NCBI GenBank assembly: GCA_002269645.1
Contig: NIVC01000744.1
Coordinates: 62,001-126,000 of the forward strand
Reading direction: 5' to 3'
Source: Macrostomum lignano
Taxonomy: Eukaryota
Length of the DNA stretch: 64,000 nucleotides
Part shown: positions 41,761-55,488 of the stretch, piece by piece
Position numbering within the stretch: position 1 is the stretch's first letter
Layout of the letters: the number at the start of each line of letters is the position of its first letter
Translations under genes and position numbers: made by a program
Notes under the pieces: model-generated
The model's input: the letters and a program-made list of their open reading frames with translations, nothing else
Database searches by the model: none
What the model was told of the DNA's origin: nothing

Positions 41761-43243
41761 CATTAGGCATTCCCGAGAACTCTCGTAGCCCGCCACTCCA
41801 CCAGGGATTACCATAGTCTGGTGGACTTCACCTTCACTGGCGTTTGCGCTCGGGTCCAAATAAACTGGTCCCCGCATGGCGCTAACGAACTGACCGGCGG
41901 TGCTGCACAACCCGGCAATCCGACTGATTCTGCCCCTTTGTGCAGCCTTGGTTGCCAAGATCAGGACCGGGTGGCTCGGCACTTATGTCCCTATGTCATC
42001 CGCATGCACCAAAGGCAGGAGCCTCTGAGAGTAGATCTGCCACAGTCGAGTTGGACCTACGAACTATTTTAATTTTCGGTGCCTGACACTTTGTTTATGC
42101 ACTTTTGCAATGGAGAGGCTTTTTTATTTCATTTTTTATTATTTACTTTTTCCATTTATTTACACTTTCTACTACTTTCTTACTTTCTCGTCAGTAGGAG
42201 AGGGCAATTGCAGCGTCAGCAACAGCAGTTCTTGAAAGTTTCACGGGTTGCGGATAATTACGACTCGGCGCTGATGAAGTCGAACGGTCGCTTGAACGGG
42301 CCAGGCCTTCTCTCGTTCTCGACGATGGTGCCGCTGCCTGGCAGAGTAGACGCTCGCAGCCAGCCGAACAACCGCTGAATGATGTCAGACTGCTCGATGT
42401 CGGACTGCTGGTGCAAGATTGGGCCACAAATCCAGTTTATGCAACCCAGTTCAGCCCCGCTTAGGAACAGCTTCAACCGGTTATCACTGACAGAGAGGGA
42501 AAAGTATAATTTTTTCTGGAAACTTATACAGCAGTAAAGCCTGTGATCGTCATCTGCACTCATTCGATCCTGCCATTCAATTTTTGTCGAAAAATTAATA
42601 AGCCTAAAAACTAGAGAATATAATAAACTATATATATTTAACTTAGAGTTAAATTGAATAGACAGAAAAGCAGAGTGGGCGCAGGGCCCAAATCAGTATA
42701 TTTATATGACTAACTTAGAGGGGTTGACGTGTCCAATCGGCGTTTGCTGGTTGGTTGTAAACACCCACCCCAAGTCAACCCCCCTCTGCACTGCACCCCT
42801 CCGCCGTGAGGTTTATATCACCTAGCTTTTACTCAGCCTGCCTCACCTTTCTCGCGCTGCATGAAATTTTTTTTTGCTTTTATATTTTCTGTACTGCACA
42901 AATAGACTTGCTGTACAGAGGACCGTCGTATCCACTCGCACTGTACTCGATGCTCGCAAACATTCGCGTCCGCCTTCCCTTCCTTTGGGGTGTGGTGTTT
43001 ATCCAGATAATAAGGAGGGGGGTGGAGTGCGCGACTGAAGAGAGCGGCGAGAATGGAGAGCCAATCAGAAGGCAGCAAGCGGGAGAGAGAGATAAGAATA
43101 ACAAGATTGACAGAGAGAGAAAACAGTAAACAGAGACAGGTGAAGGTGAACTAAAGAAATGACTAAGAAAGTCGCGACACTACCCCCAAAAAATGAAACA
43201 TTTTTTTTAAATTTATAAATAACAATGGAAATTTCGAGTTAGG

Positions 43244-44293
43244 GAACTGAGTAGAGTTTTAATTGGACAACGAATTCAAACAGGTGTACAACCATAAGAA
43301 ATGTCTAATACAATATGACTAAGAATTTGAATAAAAAAGCAGTAGAGTGAATGCAAAATATTAAGACAGAATTTTAAACTTAAATTTTTAATTGAACTGA
43401 GTAGAGTTTTAATTGGACAACGAACTCAAACAGGTGTACAACCATAAGAAATGTCTAATACAATATGACTAAGAATTTGAATAAAAAAGCAGTAGAGTGA
43501 ATGCAAAATATTAAGACAGAATTTTAAACTTAGATTTTTAATTGAACTGAGTAGAGTTTTAATTGGACAACGAACTCAAACAGGTGTACAACCATAAGAA
43601 ATGTCTAATACAATATGACTAAGAATTTGAATAAAAAAGCAGTAGAGTGAATGCAAAATATTAAGACAGAATTTTAAACTTAGATTTTTAATTGAACTGA
43701 GTAGAGTTTTAATTGGACAACGAATTCAAACAGGTGTACAACCATAAGAAATGTCTAATACAATATGACTAAGAATTTGAATAAAAAAGCAGTAGAGTGA
43801 ATGCAAAATATTAAGACAGAATTTTAAACTTAGATTTTTAATTGAACTGAGTAGAGTTTTAATTGGACAACGAACTCAAACAGGTATACAACCATAAGAA
43901 ATGTCTAATACAATATGACTAAGAATTTGATTAAAAAAGCAGTAGAGTGAATGCAAAATATTAAGACAGAATTTTAAACTTAGATTTTTAATTGAACTGA
44001 GTAGAGTTTTAATTGGACAACGAACTCAAACAGGTGTACAACCATAAAAAATGTCTAATACAATATGACTAAGAATTTGAATAAAAAAACAGTAGAGTGA
44101 ATGCAAAATATTAAGACAGAATTTTAAACTTAGATTTTTAATTGAACTGAGTAGAGTTTTAATTGGACAACGAACTCAAACAGGTGTACAACCATAAAAA
44201 ATGTCTAATACAATATGACTAAGAATTTGAATAAAAAAACAGTAGAGTGAATGCAAAATATTAAGACAGAATTTTAAACTTAGATTTTTAATT
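43244..44293. repeat. 150-bp AT-rich satellite, 7 copies
   Basis: AATTGGACAA recurs at 43261, 43411, 43561, 43711, 43861, 44011, 44161. Confidence 0.97.
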
Positions 44294-44559
44294 AGTAGTT
44301 TCTTGAACCAATTAGAAGACTGAAATGACTGAATATACCCACCCTCCAACTTAAAAAATAGCAATTTTAATTGTAGATGGCTAGTACAGTTCAGAGAAAA
44401 TATTAACATTGTCAGTTGAGTACGAGAGATGAGATGAGAGAGATGAGATGAGATGAGACGAGAATCAAGTTGATGAAAATAACAACTGGAGACGACTGGA
44501 GACAACTGGAGACACTGAGAAGAGAGGAGGGGACCGAGTGAAGAAAGTTTGACAAGAGA

Positions 44560-45215
44560 CCGGTGAGATTGAGTGCCGACACAGACTCCGAAGACGTGAC
44601 GACGGCCCGAGTTGAATTGCGAATATGCCGCCGGCACCGACTCCGAAGACGAGATCGACAGCCGAGAAGAGGGAAAATGCCGCCGGCACCGACTCCGAAG
44701 ACGAGACCGACAGCCGAGAAGAGGGAAAATGCCGCCGGCATCGACTCCGAAGACGAGACCGACAGCCCGAGTTGAAATGTGAATATGCTGCCGGCACCGA
44801 CTCCGAAGACGAGACCGGCAACCATAGATAAGCGACGAGGCCGGCAACCAGAGATGAGACGATTGAGAGGCCGGCAGACGAGACGATTGAGAGGCCGGCA
44901 GACGAGACGATTGAGAGGCCGGCAGACGAGACGATTGAGAGGCCGGCAGACGAGACGATTGAGAGGCCGGCAGACGAGACGATTGAGAGGCCGGCAGACG
45001 AGACGATTGAGAGGCCGGCAGATGAGACGATTGAGAGGCCGGCAGACGAGACGATTGAGAGGCCGGCAGACGAGACGATTGAGGGGCCGACAGAAGAGAC
45101 GATTGAGAGGCCGGCAGACGAGACGATTGAGAGGCCGGCAGACGAGACGATTGAGAGGCCGGCAGATGAGACGATTGAGAGGCCGGCAGACGAAGCGATC
45201 AAGAGGCCGGCAACC
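44560..45215. repeat. Compound GC-rich minisatellite (~60-bp units then 24-bp units)
   Basis: GCCGGCACCGACTCCGAAGACGAGAC units followed by ~15x GAGAGGCCGGCAGACGAGACGATT; both share GCCGGCA and GACGAGAC. Confidence 0.85.
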
Positions 45216-45428
45216 AGAGATTATGAGAGTCGATGACGGGATGACGGGATGACGAGATAACGCGAGACTAACAAAGCCTGCCAGCTAAGCCACTTTATGA
45301 ACTGACTACATATTGAGTTCTATTTTTGTTCGGGTGCCATGTCGAAAAACTAAAGATTGAATTACTGCTGACTTTGAATTGAATAGAAAAAAGGAACAGG
45401 CTTGAGACCCAGCCCTCCATGCAGCGTA

Positions 45429-48400
45429 TCTCTCTTAATACTAAACTTGGTGCGTTGTTTGTTTGTTTGTTTGTCTGTTTGTTTGTAGGATATCTCCTCC
45501 TAGACTACGTGCAACTCAGCGTTGAAACTTATATGGGAATACTGCAAATTTTCCGGAATCGGCTTTAGGCTGTTTTAATCTTTCATTTTTTAATTTTAAG
45601 ATCCCTAAAAAAGCAGAAATCTGATTTCCTAACCTTCTCTGGACACTTTTTCTGCTCGGAGCTGAAAATTGGCATAAATTTTGAGTGATTACGCCACAAC
45701 TTTTTCCTATGTCGCCAGTGCATTTTCTCTCCTGTGGGGGAATGGGCGCGTTCTCATTAGCGGCGTGTGTACAATCGGACCCTGGCTCACTGGCTGACTT
45801 TATAGACAATTGCGCAACTATTTGTGTTCTGTTTTTTAACAGGAAGCCCTGTGTATTTTTTGCACAGTGAAATTCAGTGCATTTTAATGCATAAACTCGC
45901 GAGCATCTTTAGCAGGCAGTGAAGGTACACTCGATATTTCAATGCTTAAAATCAGAAAGTTTCAAACGCTAACTGTTGCTCGATTTTTTAACTTTGAGAG
46001 ACGAGACTTTTATTGCTGGAAAGAGCTTGCAGCGCTGAGTTCGGGGATATAAGTTTTTTGCTTTAAATATGAAAATTAAATTCACAGCATTCAAGAAAAG
46101 ATTTTCATACTTTTAGCTTTCTGCAAAGATTGTTCTCATTTTGGAGTTCAATGGGGGTTCGACCGACCCCCAATAGTTGGTGGGGGGGTTCAATTTCTAG
46201 CTGCACTGCGTATTGGAAGGGGGGTCGGTTGCTGTGTATTGGAGGGTTGATTTAGATTGCGCAATCTTTGTGTTAACTTTAACTGAGGCTGATACTGACT
46301 GCCTGAGAAATAAGTTGCGCAATTTAATTGGTTCAATGTTTTTACGGCGCCTTTCAACACGCAGCTGTGTGTAGCTCTAACCCTAACCCTAACCCTAACC
46401 AATGAATTCTGAGAGCTAGGCTGTTTGACGTAGAAATTTCGATTTAGTCCAGTTTCACGGAGAGGATTTCTATTTCGCGGAGAATATTTCGATGGTGTTC
46501 AGTTTCACGGAGAGGATTTCGATAGTGTTCAGTTTCACGGAGACGATTTCTGTTGCGCGGAGAGGTGTTGGAAAATGGGATTCCGCTGATGGAGTTCAGG
46601 GAATGGAATTCCGCTGATTGGAGTTCTTCCCCTTTCTTCTCCGAAGGAGGAGTTGGCCTCGTTAATACTAAAGTTGGTGCGTTGTTTGTCTGTGTGTGTG
46701 TGTGTTTGTTGGATAACTCCTCCTAGAATACTTGCAAGTCAGCGTTGAAACTTATATGGGAAAACTGCAAATTTTCCGAGGATGGCTTTAGGCTATTTTA
46801 ATCTTTCATTTTCAATTTTTAAGATCCCTAAAAAAGCAGAAAATGGCGGTCTTGACCTTTGATAATCTTAATTGTCCCCTCTTTCTGCTTGGAGCTGAAA
46901 ATTTGCATCAATTTTAGTGATTGCGCCATAAAATTTTTCTATCTTGGCAGTGTATTTTCTCTCAAGTGGGGGGATGGTCGCGTTCTCAGTGGCTGCGTGT
47001 GTACACTTGAACCCTGGCTCACTGACTGACTTTATAGACAATTGCGCAACTATTTGTGTTCTGTTTTTTAACAGGAAGCCCTGTGTATTTTTTGCACAGT
47101 GAAATTCAGTGCATTTTAATGCATAAACTTGCGAGCATCTTTAGCAGGCAGTGAACGTACACTCGATATTTCAATGCTTAAAATCAGAAAGTTTCAAACA
47201 CTAACTGTTGCTCGAGTTTTGAACTTAGAGAGGAGAGACTTATATTGCTGGAAAGATCTTGCTGCAATGAGTTCGGGGATATAAGTTTTTTGCTTTAAAT
47301 ATGAAAATTAAATTCACAGCATTCAAGAAAAGATTTTCATACTTTTAGCTTTCTGCAAAGATTGTGCTCATTTTGGAGTTCAATGGGGGTTCGACCGACC
47401 CCCAATAGTTGGTGGGGGGGGTTCAATTTCTAGCTGCACTGCGTATTGGAAGGGGGGTCGGTTGCTGTGTATTTGAGGGTTGATTTAGATTGCGCAATCT
47501 TTTTGTTAACTTTAACTGAGGCTGATACTGACTGCCTGAGAAATAAGTTGCGCAATTTAATTGGTTCAATGTTTTTACGGCGTCTTTCAACACGCAGCTG
47601 TGTGTAGCTCTAACCCTAACCCTAACCTTAACCAATGAATTCTGAGAGCTGGGCTGTTTGACGTAGAAATTTCGATTTAGTCCAGTTTCACGGAGAGGAT
47701 TTCTATTTCGCGGAGAATATTTCGATGGTGTTCAGTTTCACGGAGACGATTTCTGTTGCGCGGAGAGGTGTTGGAAAATGGGATTCCGCTGATGGAGTTC
47801 AGGGAATGGAATTCCGCTGATTGGAGTTCTTCCCCTTTCTTCTCCGAAGGAGGAGTTGGCCTCGTTAATACTAAAACTGGTGCGTTGTTTGTCTGTGTGT
47901 GTGTGTGTTTGTTGGATAACTCCTCCTAGAATACTTGCAAGTCAGCGTTGAAACTTATGTGGGAAAACTGCAAATTTTCCGAGGATGGCTTTAGGCTATT
48001 TTAATCTTTTATTTTTACATTTTAAGATCCCTAAAAAAGCAGAAAATGGCGGTCTTGACCTTTGATAATCTTAATTGTCCCCTCTTTCTGCTTGGAGCTG
48101 AAAATTTGCATCAATTTTAGTGATTGCGCCATAAAATTTTTCTATCTTGGCAGTGTATTTTCTCTCAAGTGGGGGATGGTCGCGTTCTCAGTGGCTGCGT
48201 GTGTACACTTGAACCCTGGCTCACTGACTGACTTTATAGACAATTGCGCAACTATTTGTGTTCTGTTTTTTAACAGGAAGCCCTGTGTACCTCCTAGAAT
48301 ACTTGCAAGTCAGCGTTGAAACTTATGTGGGAAAACTGCAAATTTTCCGAGGATGGCTTTAGGCTATTTTAATCTTTTATTTTTACATTTTAAGATCCCT

Positions 48401-49468
48401 AAAAAAGCAGAAAACGGCAATTCTGACCTTTGATAATCTTAATTGTACCCTCTTTCTGCTCGGAGCTGAAAATTTGCATGAATTTTGAGTGATTACGCCA
48501 CAACTTTTTCCTATGTCGCCAGTGCATTTTCTCTCCTGTGGGGGAATGGGCGCGTTCTCATTGGCGGCGTGTGTACAATTGGACCCTGGCTCACTGGCTG
48601 ACTTTATAGACAATTGCGCAACTATTTGTGTTCTGTTTTTTAACAGGAAGCCCTGTGTATTTTTTGCACAGTGAAATTCAGTGCATTTTAATGCATAAAC
48701 TTGCGAGCATCTTTAGCAGGCAGTGAACGTACACTCGATATTTCAATGCTTAAAATCAGAAAGTTTCAAACACTAACTGTTGCTCGAGTTTTGAACTTAG
48801 AGAGGAGAGACTTATATTGCTGGAAAGATCTTGCTGCGATGAGTTCGGGGATATAAGTTTTTTGCTTTAAATATGAAAATTAAATTCACAGCATTCAAGA
48901 AAAGATTTTCATACTTTTAGCTTTCTGCAAAGATTTTGCTCATTTTGGAGTTCAATGGGGGTTCGACCGACCCCCCCCAATAGTTAGTAGGGGGGGTTCA
49001 ATTTCTAGCTGCACTGCGTATTGGAAGGGGGTCGGTTGCTGTGTATTGGAGGGCTGATTTAGATTGCGCAATCTTTTTGTTAACTTTAACCGACGCTGAT
49101 ACTGACTGCCTGAGAAATAAGTTGCGCAATTTAATTGGTTCAATGTTTTTACGGCGCCTTTCAACACGCAGCTGTGTGTAGCTCTAACCCTAACCCTAAC
49201 CCTAACCAATGAATTCTGAGAGCTGGGCTGTTTGACGGAGAAATTTCGATTTAGTCCAGTTTCACGGAGAGGATTTCTATTTCGCGGAGAATATTTCGAT
49301 GGTGTTCAGTTTCACGGAGAGGATTTCGATAGTGTTCAGTTTCACGGAGACGATTTCTGTTGCGCGGAGAGGTGTTGGAAAATGGGATTCCGCTGATGGA
49401 GTTCAGGGAATGGAATTCCGCTGATTGGAGTTCTTCCCCTTTCTTCTCCGAAGGAGGAGTTGGCCTCG
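45429..49468 (+). mobile_element. Head-to-tail array of a ~1.2-kb non-autonomous Helitron-like element (3 full units + 1 partial)
   Basis: 5' A|TC start; (GTTT)n/(GT)n near the 5' end; 3' hairpin TTCTCC-GAA-GGAGGA then CTCG|T; junctions at 46661/2 and 47864/5; internal restart near 48290. Confidence 0.65.
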
Positions 49469-51106
49469 TATTATTATAAAACTAACGCAGGGGGGTTGAG
49501 TCGAGAATAATAAAGGGAGGTGTGGAATAGATAAGCAACCAATTTGGGGGGGAGGGCTAGCCGATCGATAAATCGGATCGGTCGACAAAAACTTGCCTCA
49601 AAAGCAATTTCCCATTGTCGTTTAAAATTCTAGAGCTTCTTGTTTCTAACCGTAAAGCGGCCCTGATGGTGTATATGAAGGCCTTCCACGGAGGCAGCTG
49701 TAGCGACTTTCACCATCTTCTTTCAACGCATCCCTGCTTCCGCTCAAACTTCCAAGCCATCCTATTGTGACTTATCATACACATTGCTGCAGCTCTCTAA
49801 GACAGAAGCTAAAGAAATTTTTGTCGGGCGAAAGAAAGAAACTGCTGCTTAAAGATGAAGAGCTGGGCAAACTCTTTTCGAAAAGACAAGTTTGCAAGTT
49901 CATGTTCCAGCCCAGCGCATTGAGGGCGGGTCTGTCGGGGGCTGCAACAGGAAAGTGTGTGGAGTATGTGAGCGGATTAGGAGAAAAGAGATCCACTGAG
50001 TAGTGTCTGCCAGTCTAGCTTATGAGCAATGGCGGCGGCTGCATGAGCGATTCTCTCTAGCATGCTGCGGATGGTCATTGCCTTTTCTAGCAGGCTAGTT
50101 TAATGCAGGGGCCGGCTAGCTCAACTCATGCAATATAGGATGCTGTGCGTGCCTGTGTGCAACGGCAGAACGGCAGTAATTATATACGAGTATATAGGAC
50201 GCGACACTCGTGTTTTATGGATGTTTTTGAAAGCACGCACGCTTTTCACTTATTTCTGCGAGTAGACAGCACTTTGTGGATGATTTCTGTCACTTTTTAG
50301 CTTTGTTCTTCTAGCTCGCTCATGATTAGTGCTTTGTCTGTTTGCATGAATGTAATTAGACATTGTCTAATAAACTACTGTATAGGGAAAATGGGACATA
50401 TACTCGTATTAACATCACTAACGTTATTGAGTCTACTACTAACATTAATTCAGCCCACATGTAGCTTGGGCACAGGTGCCAACAAAAACTTGGACGACAA
50501 ATGATGCATGTGCAAATGTAAATTTTGTGCCAAAAATGTGCATTGATGTTAAATTCATACTGAAGTAGTCCTTGCAAGCAATGTGCCTCTAGACGAAAAA
50601 CTCCAGAATTTATCTAAAGTTAACTAAAAATAAAGTATCTAAAAAACATTTCAATCGATGGTCTTCTAGCCATGGTAATCCTGATGAAGTTTCACAATCG
50701 TCTCAAAAGGTGTCGGAAAACTAAACCCTACTCTAATTCAGTATCATTGTGTGCAAAGCGCACGATGTTTACAGAATGAAAAACTTTGCAGATTCAAGCA
50801 AAATGACGAGTAGATTGATTCTCAACTATCCTTCTCAACTATTCTCAACTATCTCAACATCAAACTAATGTACATCCACAATGCTCAAGTGCACGTTGCT
50901 CCCTGAGCGGCCCTTGGACTTCAAATACGAGCATATATAAATATATACAGTATCGTTGAGCTGGGCTCGAACGGAGAGGTAAAGCAATCGAGTTGACTCA
51001 AAGGACGTGAAATAATTTTTTTGAATTGACGAATGTTATACCGAATTCTTAATTTGAGCTAACCGACAGCGCAGAGGACCTCTCGGGTGTTTCTTGAGAT
51101 GCTTGG

Positions 51107-51892
51107 TAGGGAATACAAAATCCCGAGTTTTGCCAATCTTGGGATTCGCGGGATCGGGATATCCCGGACTTTGAAAATCCCGGGATCCCGGGACCCCGGG
51201 ATTGAAAAGTTTCTACTGTTTTGTTGGTTGCAATATTGGTTTACGAAGCCATCTAAACTGATTTTAAAGGGCTTTCAATAATATAAAAGCAGAACAGAAA
51301 AATATATTTCGCAAACATGAAATTGACAGTGAGCTCTGAATTGGAGTGCGATTTACGGGCTGGTGTGCTTTTTTACATGCCAGTATCAGCTCAGGAAAAT
51401 CACACTTGATTGTGATGTAACCTGGGGAATGATAGCTTACAGAGCTATGGCCCGAGGTGCTGATACCAGGGCAGAAGGGGATCAGACCTCACCCTCCCAG
51501 AGGCACCCGCCCTAGATGGAGAATTGATAGCTTTGGTTGTGGTCCGATAGCAAGGTCCCACTGTTCTAATCCCAGCTACGGCCAAGGAGTTTTGAAGGTA
51601 GTGACTGCTTAAAGTAGTTCTACATTAGTACACCTTAAATACCCTTACGACCTGCTAACAGCTTCTGTTTCGTGTCCCTGCAGCCCTATAGCCTTCTACT
51701 CGCTAGCCTGCATGCTTAAAAAGATTAAGAAATCAAGGTAGGACAACTGGGTTATGACTTTCATCTGACAAGTATCTCAGCTGCAATCAAGAATAAATGA
51801 TTGAATTATTGAAAAGCGGAATCGGGATCCCGATGGTCAATCCCGAGATTTTCGAATCCCGAACAATTGTGATCCCGGGATTGTATTCCCTA
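51107..51892. mobile_element. Non-autonomous hAT element (786 bp)
   Basis: TIRs TAGGGAATACAA..TCCCG / CGGGATTGTATTCCCTA; perfect 8-bp TSD ATGCTTGG (51099-51106, 51893-51900); subterminal ATCCCG repeats. Confidence 0.9.
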
Positions 51893-53820
51893 ATGCTTGG
51901 TCGCGCTGTTAGAAGCGGCAGGGGTTTCAAGCAATGAAGATACGGGAAGACAGCTCCCTGGTTTTACAAAGAAACTGTAGGCAATAGCTCGTACTTGCGA
52001 GTGGCCAAGTGGAAAAATGAGAGTTAGTTGAGGGATGTGAAATTCCATTGGTTGGATTTTGAGAGCTTTAAGGGAAACAAAAGCACTGAAATCCAGTCAG
52101 TTTCTGTCCCTTTCGTTCTGTTCAATCTGCAGCTCAGCTTGTTGGCCAGACCCTCGGCTGTCAAGCTTCTTGGGTTGGTCGTCTGTAGTCGGCTGTAGGC
52201 CGGAGCTGGCCTCGGCTCGTTTATTCCGTCTCGACGCGCTCAGCTGTTTTTCTATCGATTCCCGAGCGGCTGCCTCTCGCGCCCTCCTGTTGTTGCAACG
52301 CTTTCATTCATTTCTGGTTCGAGCCAGTTCTGGTTGGGCTCAACAAAGTGTTCTTCAAGTGAACCTGTGGTGCTGGAGCGCTGAGCTCTAGGCACTGCAG
52401 TGACTAACTAACTAGTTATCATGTACGTGCACCGGCAACATGCACACTTTCTCTCTTGCTCTCTTTGGCCTGTCTGGCTCTACCCCTTAGATTTCATGTA
52501 CGTAGTATTTGTCATCACGTGACCCCTTTTGTTATTGATCTATCAACCCTCGCTCATGTTATCATTAAATAGGCTGTTTGCTAAGTGAAATACATCTTGC
52601 AATTTTGCCATCTACACGGCACGACAGAACCTTTGCTATTTAGCTTTCTAACTCAGACTTATCAATAGTAGTTTATTTGTGTGTTAACATGGCAATGCCA
52701 ATAACGTTAGTAAAGCAGGGGCCATCAGCCGTGTCACGAAAATCCAAGAGGACTTTGTCTAGTAGTTGTTGGAGTCGGAGCATTAGTGCTCACTACTGGA
52801 CCGCGGATAGGCATGGCTGGTACAACGGAGAGGCAAGAAGAGCAAAAAAAAACGAATAGAAGCTGGCTTTTGTTTCAAGCTCTACCATGAAAATTATAAA
52901 AAGCAACAGCAGCAAACAATTTTGTAGCCTTGCAGACGCGCACTCAATTCAACAAAGCCCTCAAACGATCTCGCTAGCTCGTACTCAATGCATCTCGCTA
53001 CTCAATGCATTTCCAATATCATCTCCAATATCATAGAATTTCCAATAATATCATATCTGATCAAATGCCCAAACGAAATGAATGAACCAGCTATGAAGCT
53101 TCCGAACTGTAATTCCCATGGCGCGCTTCTGCAAGTGCGCCCTCAACCACACATCCTACCAGCAGGAGCAGGGAGGACCATCGGAAAGGCGTGGCCCACG
53201 TGGGAAAATTTCGTGGGAAAATCTGTCTCTAATCGCCAACCGCAGAACAGTCTTAGGGCTGCCACTGCTGAATTTTAAAACCTGGCACTTGAACTCACCC
53301 TGTTGGATGCTGAGCAAGGGCAGCAAAGAGAGAAACAGTATTGCCACCAGGCAAACCAATCAGGTTTTTCTGTCTTTGCCTTGCAGCACTGCCCTCTAGA
53401 AGCAATAAAGGCCGTATGCACAAAGTCTAGCCAAGACTTTTGAGTCTGAACTCCTCTGAAAAAAAGTTTTTTGCCCAAGATCTCGGAAAGCAGGCGTCAA
53501 GAATTCCTCGCTATTAAATCTTTTGGTGAGTTGCTCAAGGCGGAGGGAATATTGATAGCTGTATGCCTTATTTTCGATTTGAAGCTAGAGAACGCCATGC
53601 AGGAAATCCGATGAGTGCCTGGCTCTCCAACTAAGTAAAGTGCATTGTCCACGATAATTTGGACTTAGCCTTGGTCTTAGACTTTGGGTCGTCTTAGCTT
53701 AATTTGCAGCAGAGTTCGAAAGCCCCTTTGACTGAACAATAAGCTGCAAATGATCTAGGAACTAAGACCTATGTTTAACTCTTGGTGCTAAAATTTCTAT
53801 CATTAACACCAGGCACTCGG

Positions 53821-54460
53821 ATGGAAAAGTCGATCGCAGTGGATAAAATCGTGCTCATCTGTCTGATGATAGGTAAGTGGCCACAACTGCAGTATTGGTC
53901 CCTTTAAATTTGATAAATCTACCTGTCTTCTTCTCGCATATCTTTGTGCATCCTTCCCCGTGTCTGAGGGGGCACTCATTCTAGTCTGACGCGTGATATC
54001 CTCCACCATGATTTCCCCTCTTCCCTCCAGCTGGCGGCGTTGCCCTGGTAGCCGCTGACACGGCCGCCTTTTATCGCAACGCTACCATCGAGGTGAGCGA
54101 GCTGGTGACCAGCTGTCTGGTAAACGAGACCGGCGTCAGCTCCGCTCTCATCTGCGTCGCGAGGTGCCGCATCAAGCGATGCGATGCAGCCAGCCTGAGC
54201 GTCAGCGGCGGCTGCCAGCTGCTGCTGCTCAACGGTAGCGACGCCTCAACTTGCAAAAAGACGCACCGGCTGCTGGGTGCCGCAGAGGGCAGCCGGGTGT
54301 GGAAAGCGTCGGACTTTGAGCAGCGTCTTCTGGAACTGCTGCGACCCGTTGTCGCCAGGACATTTATGAGTGAGTCACTGATGCTATTGAGCAGACAGAC
54401 GGACAGACAGACACTAAGACACTAAGACAGACAGACAGACCGACGGACAGACAGACAGAA

Positions 54461-54505
<45 letters not shown>

Positions 54506-55488
54506 GGTGACCTCCATGCTCCAACTGCAGAATCGAGCACCGGCCATGCGGGCACGGTCCAGACTGCTGTCATTCCCGTCTCTGCTTGCTACCGCATTGA
54601 AGCCAAAGGTGCGGCCGGCGGTTCCACAAACCAAGGCTATTCCCCGGTGTTCTACGGCGGCTGGGGCGCTCGCAAAGCTGGCAACTTCCATCTTGCCGCT
54701 GGAACGGGGCTGTCAGTTGTTGTCGGTCAGGCCGGCGGTCAGGGCCGAGAGCTGGACAACGATGCCGGTGGCGGAGGCGGCGGTGGCACCTTCGTGTACG
54801 AAACGGCGAGTAGCACTCTCCTGCTCGCTGCTGGCGGAGGCGGTGGCGGCAGCGACTTAAGAAACGGTGAATGCACAAAACCTGAGTTTAAATTTGATAA
54901 TAAATTTCAATTCATGACGATCACTGTGGGCTCTCTGTATACCCCGGCAATGCATCTTAGCGCCAGATGTTTGGAATACTCTAAATTCCTCCGTCTCGAT
55001 TACTTTTATCAGGCGTCGCTGGTCAAAGCGGCACGAGCGGCACTAATACGGTGTCACCTCGAAGCGACAGCATGGGCTACGGCGGCTCCAATGGCCAGCC
55101 AGGTTTCACCGACGTGGCCGAAACTCCGTCAGGCGACAACCACGGTGGCCCCGGCGCCGGCTGGCGCGGCAAGGCCGCGATGACTCGCCGCGATAGCAAC
55201 TGCGGAGAGCAGGGACGCAGCCGCGCCGACGGCTGGACTGGCGGTCGTGGCGGCAGCGGCGGCGGCGACGGCGGCTTCGGCGGAGGCGGCGGCGGCACCA
55301 GTGCCGAGGGTGCCGGCGGCGGCGGCGGAGGCTACAGCGGCGGCGGCGCCGGGATCATGGAGGACACGGCCGGAGGCGGCGGCGGCTCGTACTGCGCTGG
55401 AGTTTCCTGCAGCGGCAGCAGCGGAGGCAACGCCGGCAGTCAGCACGGGTCGGTGACGATGGACCTGATTGGCTGGGCCTGCGACTGA
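53821..55488 (+). CDS. Secreted PAN/apple + ALK/LTK-type glycine-rich domain protein, paralogue A (exons 53821-53872, 54031-54369, 54531-54866, 55013-55488; 400 aa)
   Basis: Hydrophobic leader; PAN-like ICVARCRIKRC...GGCQL; YRIEAKGAAGG, LSVVVGQAGG, GGGGGTFV, LLAAGGGGG, GGFGGGGG, GGGGGYSGG, GGGGGS motifs; all three introns GT-AG, phase 1. Confidence 0.85.

Noticed and set aside
42258-42563. Possible terminal exon or small gene on the minus strand
   Set aside because: Reads plausibly but has no recognisable motif, and I could not join it in frame to upstream exons.
44176-45252. SSAGLSIV-repeat and related ORFs
   Set aside because: Products of the 24-bp and ~60-bp minisatellites, open on both strands.
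50681-50730. Second hammerhead (CTGATGA...GAAA)
   Set aside because: No complementary stem I, II or III around the core words.
53156-53359. Signal-peptide-like minus-strand ORF
   Set aside because: Starts at TTG after an in-frame stop; no ATG or confident partner exon.
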